Shown: piece by piece, positions 61,485-64,000 of the stretch | Layout of the letters: each line of letters opens with the position of its first letter | Position numbering within the stretch: position 1 is the first letter of the stretch | Assembly: GCA_028023455.1 (NCBI GenBank) | Contig: JAQFVV010000010.1 | Location: forward strand, 8,184,001 to 8,248,000 | Direction of reading: 5' to 3' | Length of the DNA: 64,000 nt | Source of the DNA: Epiperipatus broadwayi | Lineage: Eukaryota; Animalia; Onychophora | Notes under the pieces: generated by a model | Databases searched by the model: none | Seen by the model: the letters and a program-made list of their open reading frames with translations, nothing else | What the model was told of the DNA's origin: nothing | Position numbers and translations under genes: made by a program

Positions 61485-62014
61485 AAAAGATTAAAAAAAC
61501 AAAAGAGATGGATGTAAAAAGCTAGGAAAAAAGGACTATGTGCTCTTTCTGTGGTTGCTGCTACCATCACTGTGTCCACAAGTTGAAAAGCACTGAAGAT
61601 CATTGGAGGACTTCATTCCCAGGATCTAGCCTTCTGTAGGTCACCAAGCTGATTAGTGTGTTTAGCATACTGTCTCGGGCATTATTATTTTGAAATGCCT
61701 CAAGAGGCTCACTGAGGGTTGTGTTATAAAGACTATAGACATTAGTGAAGGTAAGATAAATAATAGTTTACCTAAACTGTATAAACATTATTTGTTATTC
61801 AGTAATTAACTTGTGAATTAGGCTTGCTCAAATGCAGACTTTATATTTATGTTAAAAATCTGTATAATAATTATTTCTTAATTGTTAATAAATTGTTATT
61901 GCTAAATGTATATGTGCTGTTATCTGTCAAGTTTATTGTATATTTTTTGCTGGTCACCCAGTCATTGTTGGAGACACATCAATTAAAATTATTTCTCTAT
62001 TATATTTAAACTAT

Positions 62015-62045
<31 letters not shown>

Positions 62046-62271
62046 GTAAATTAATAAATTGATTGATTGATGAGAAAGAAAGTGAATGATCTATTACTTT
62101 CTTTTTTTAAATAGGAGTTAAAGAAGCATACTTACTGAAATTCAGAAGGGGATATAACATTGATGATACATGTTCAGAGAAAAAGAAACGAGTATCATTT
62201 TCTCCAAGAATGAATTGGCCTCACAAACTCACAATTAAAATTGACTGCATTATTTAGAAAAACTGATATTA

Positions 62272-62504
62272 CAGTCAAATATCAGCCTTTCACGCTAATT
62301 GTGCATACGCTTTGCGAGTGTTAATAATAAATTAATACTTTCTCACCAATACAAGATATAGTATTTATGCAGGAGTAAAAGGAATCCTCTTATTCCTATG
62401 ACTCAAACGCTTATACATGAGCAAATCTGAAGTACTGGTATTCATTTATTATTAACACTCGCAAAGCGTATGCACAATTAGCGTGAAAGGCTGATATTTG
62501 ACTG
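62272..62504. mobile_element. Young Tc1/mariner-type MITE, 233 bp, perfect 61-bp TIRs, TA TSD
   Basis: ta|CAGTCAAATATCAGCC...GGCTGATATTTGACTG|ta; arms 62272-62332 and 62444-62504 are exact reverse complements. A diverged TIR fragment lies at ~12560-12600. Confidence 0.92.
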
Positions 62505-63408
62505 TAATACAATTGTTTACATACGCTATATAAAATAAATGCTTATTTAAAAACTGATATTAAAATTCCAAATCTCCTTAAAATCTTTACATACGGGTTC
62601 TTTCCCAGAATAAAAGCCTCCACCTTCACACTTTATGCACTGTAGTAAACTAAGTGCATTTTTGTCTGCAATTACAATACCAAATGGCACTCAAGCACAT
62701 AAGAAGATTGCACCACCAGATATTTTTGATGCCATCTGGGTGCACATGAAGCAAGGATCCAGCTTGTAGAAGGGCACATTCAACTAATAACCCAATACCT
62801 GGTAAGAAATAGGCTGATATCAAGTAAATTTATTCATAAGAAATGTGTTTTTAAACAACACATCAGAAAAAATTAATAATATACAATGTATATTAAAGAT
62901 TTTTCACAATATGAAGATTCACAACAATGTAATAACATGGCAACCTTGTAACTTTCCTATTGTTTTTTTTTAACTGTCCTACACATGTGAAACTTTTGAT
63001 AAATGTAACATAGATTTAAGTAAAGACATGTGAAACATAAATGAAGCACTGAAATGCCATTTAATGTACATAAAGTTTTAATTATTTTTTAATTTTTCTT
63101 AAAAAATATAGAATGCAAAAATTCACTTCTTTTATATAAATAGTATGATTTGCCTGAAAATATTTATTTAATAAGAAAAGTGTCTTTTTTGAAATATATA
63201 CATAAAATTTAAAAATCTTATTTAAACAAAGAAAAAAAGTTTCTTATAATATTTTAGTTTGATAAATATTTAAATTTAAGCACATTATTCAGAGAATAGG
63301 GAAGTCATAACATTAAATATATGTAAATAAATATAATGTGTGTATGCAGGCATGTGGAAAAAGTTTTGATATATATGAAATATCCAGCTATAAAAATATC
63401 ACAGCCTT

Positions 63409-63507
63409 GTCAAGCGTTAGTGGCCTAGTGGTTAGCATAGTTGCCTTCCAAGCAGCTGGCCCTGGTTCGCTTCCTGGTCAATGCATTTGACACATAAAAA
63501 TATATAT
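63409..63507 (+). mobile_element. Retroposed tRNA-Gly(TCC) copy / SINE
   Basis: 63414-63485 closely resembles metazoan tRNA-Gly(UCC) (GCGTTAG...GTTGC-CTTCCAA-GCAGC...GGTTCGCTTCC) but has acceptor- and T-stem mismatches and T-loop A58 changed to C. GTCAA leader, TTTGACACAT-A tail, and 13-bp TSD atatcacagcctt at 63396-63408 and 63508-63520. Confidence 0.85.
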
Positions 63508-64000
63508 ATATCACAGCCTTTAAAGCACTGTAATTTTAAGTTAAATAGGTAAATTGAGTGTTATTCCTTTTAAATATGATCAAGAATATTTTGCACATGA
63601 ATTTGACCTTTGCATTAATTACATTAAAATTTTTTTTTTATGTGAATTTGAGGTTATTGTAGAAATAAAATTACTTAGGTATTTGGTCTACATAAATACG
63701 TTTATACTATATATATAATATAATTTGTAAAGCAATATTGATTTTGTATATCTGAGATTGGATCTGAAGATAATCACCTCATTGAATTAAGTCTATATTA
63801 TTGTGTAGAATAAAGAGTAGGAAGCAAGAAATATTAATATAGGTAGTAAATAAAATATTTACATATATGTTTACCAAAGTTTACAATGGAGGTATATATA
63901 TATATATGTTAGCTATAAAGCTAAAGATAGCTGAATAAATAATAAATGAATTATATTTATGGGGGTCAAAAGTATGTAGGATTACATATGTGATGCATTA

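Larger units (their letters stand above)
53123..61978 (+). mobile_element. Decayed Ty3/Gypsy LTR retrotransposon (Mag / K02A2.6-like)
   Basis: 5' LTR 53123-55653 (interrupted at 53586-55351) and 3' LTR 59736-61978 (interrupted at 60087-61484), both ending GGAGACACA. Internal gag-pol remnants. TSD not recognisable. Confidence 0.9.

Noticed and set aside
63414-63485. Functional tRNA-Gly(TCC) gene
   Set aside because: Acceptor- and T-stem mismatches, loss of T-loop A58, an A tail and a 13-bp TSD indicate a retroposed copy.

Overview
Very AT-rich animal (invertebrate-like) genomic DNA that is almost entirely intronic and dense in transposable elements. There are no prokaryotic operons, rRNA genes or CRISPR arrays. 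The only convincing host coding sequence is a 154-bp minus-strand exon (32851-33004) encoding part of the glycine-rich domain of an ALK/LTK-type receptor tyrosine kinase, plus a possible 26-nt micro-exon at 34857-34882. The window holds a full-length RTE-clade LINE with an intact 995-aa ORF inserted in a (TA)n tract, three older RTE copies (one with a twin-priming 5' inversion), several Penelope-like element (PLE) remnants, a decayed Mag/K02A2.6-type Ty3/Gypsy element whose two LTRs each carry a secondary insertion, six short tRNA-Gly-derived SINEs with target-site duplications (TSDs), and many hairpin/MITE-like elements. The most notable signal is at RNA level. A complete HDV-like (CPEB3-type) self-cleaving ribozyme fold begins exactly at the 5' end of the intact RTE, about 350 nt downstream of the ALK-like splice donor and on the same strand. 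Eight hammerhead ribozyme motifs of two families are carried by PLE tails; one (36844-36900) has an intact catalytic core and is also sense to the host transcript. All folds were derived by hand, and no database search or activity test was possible.
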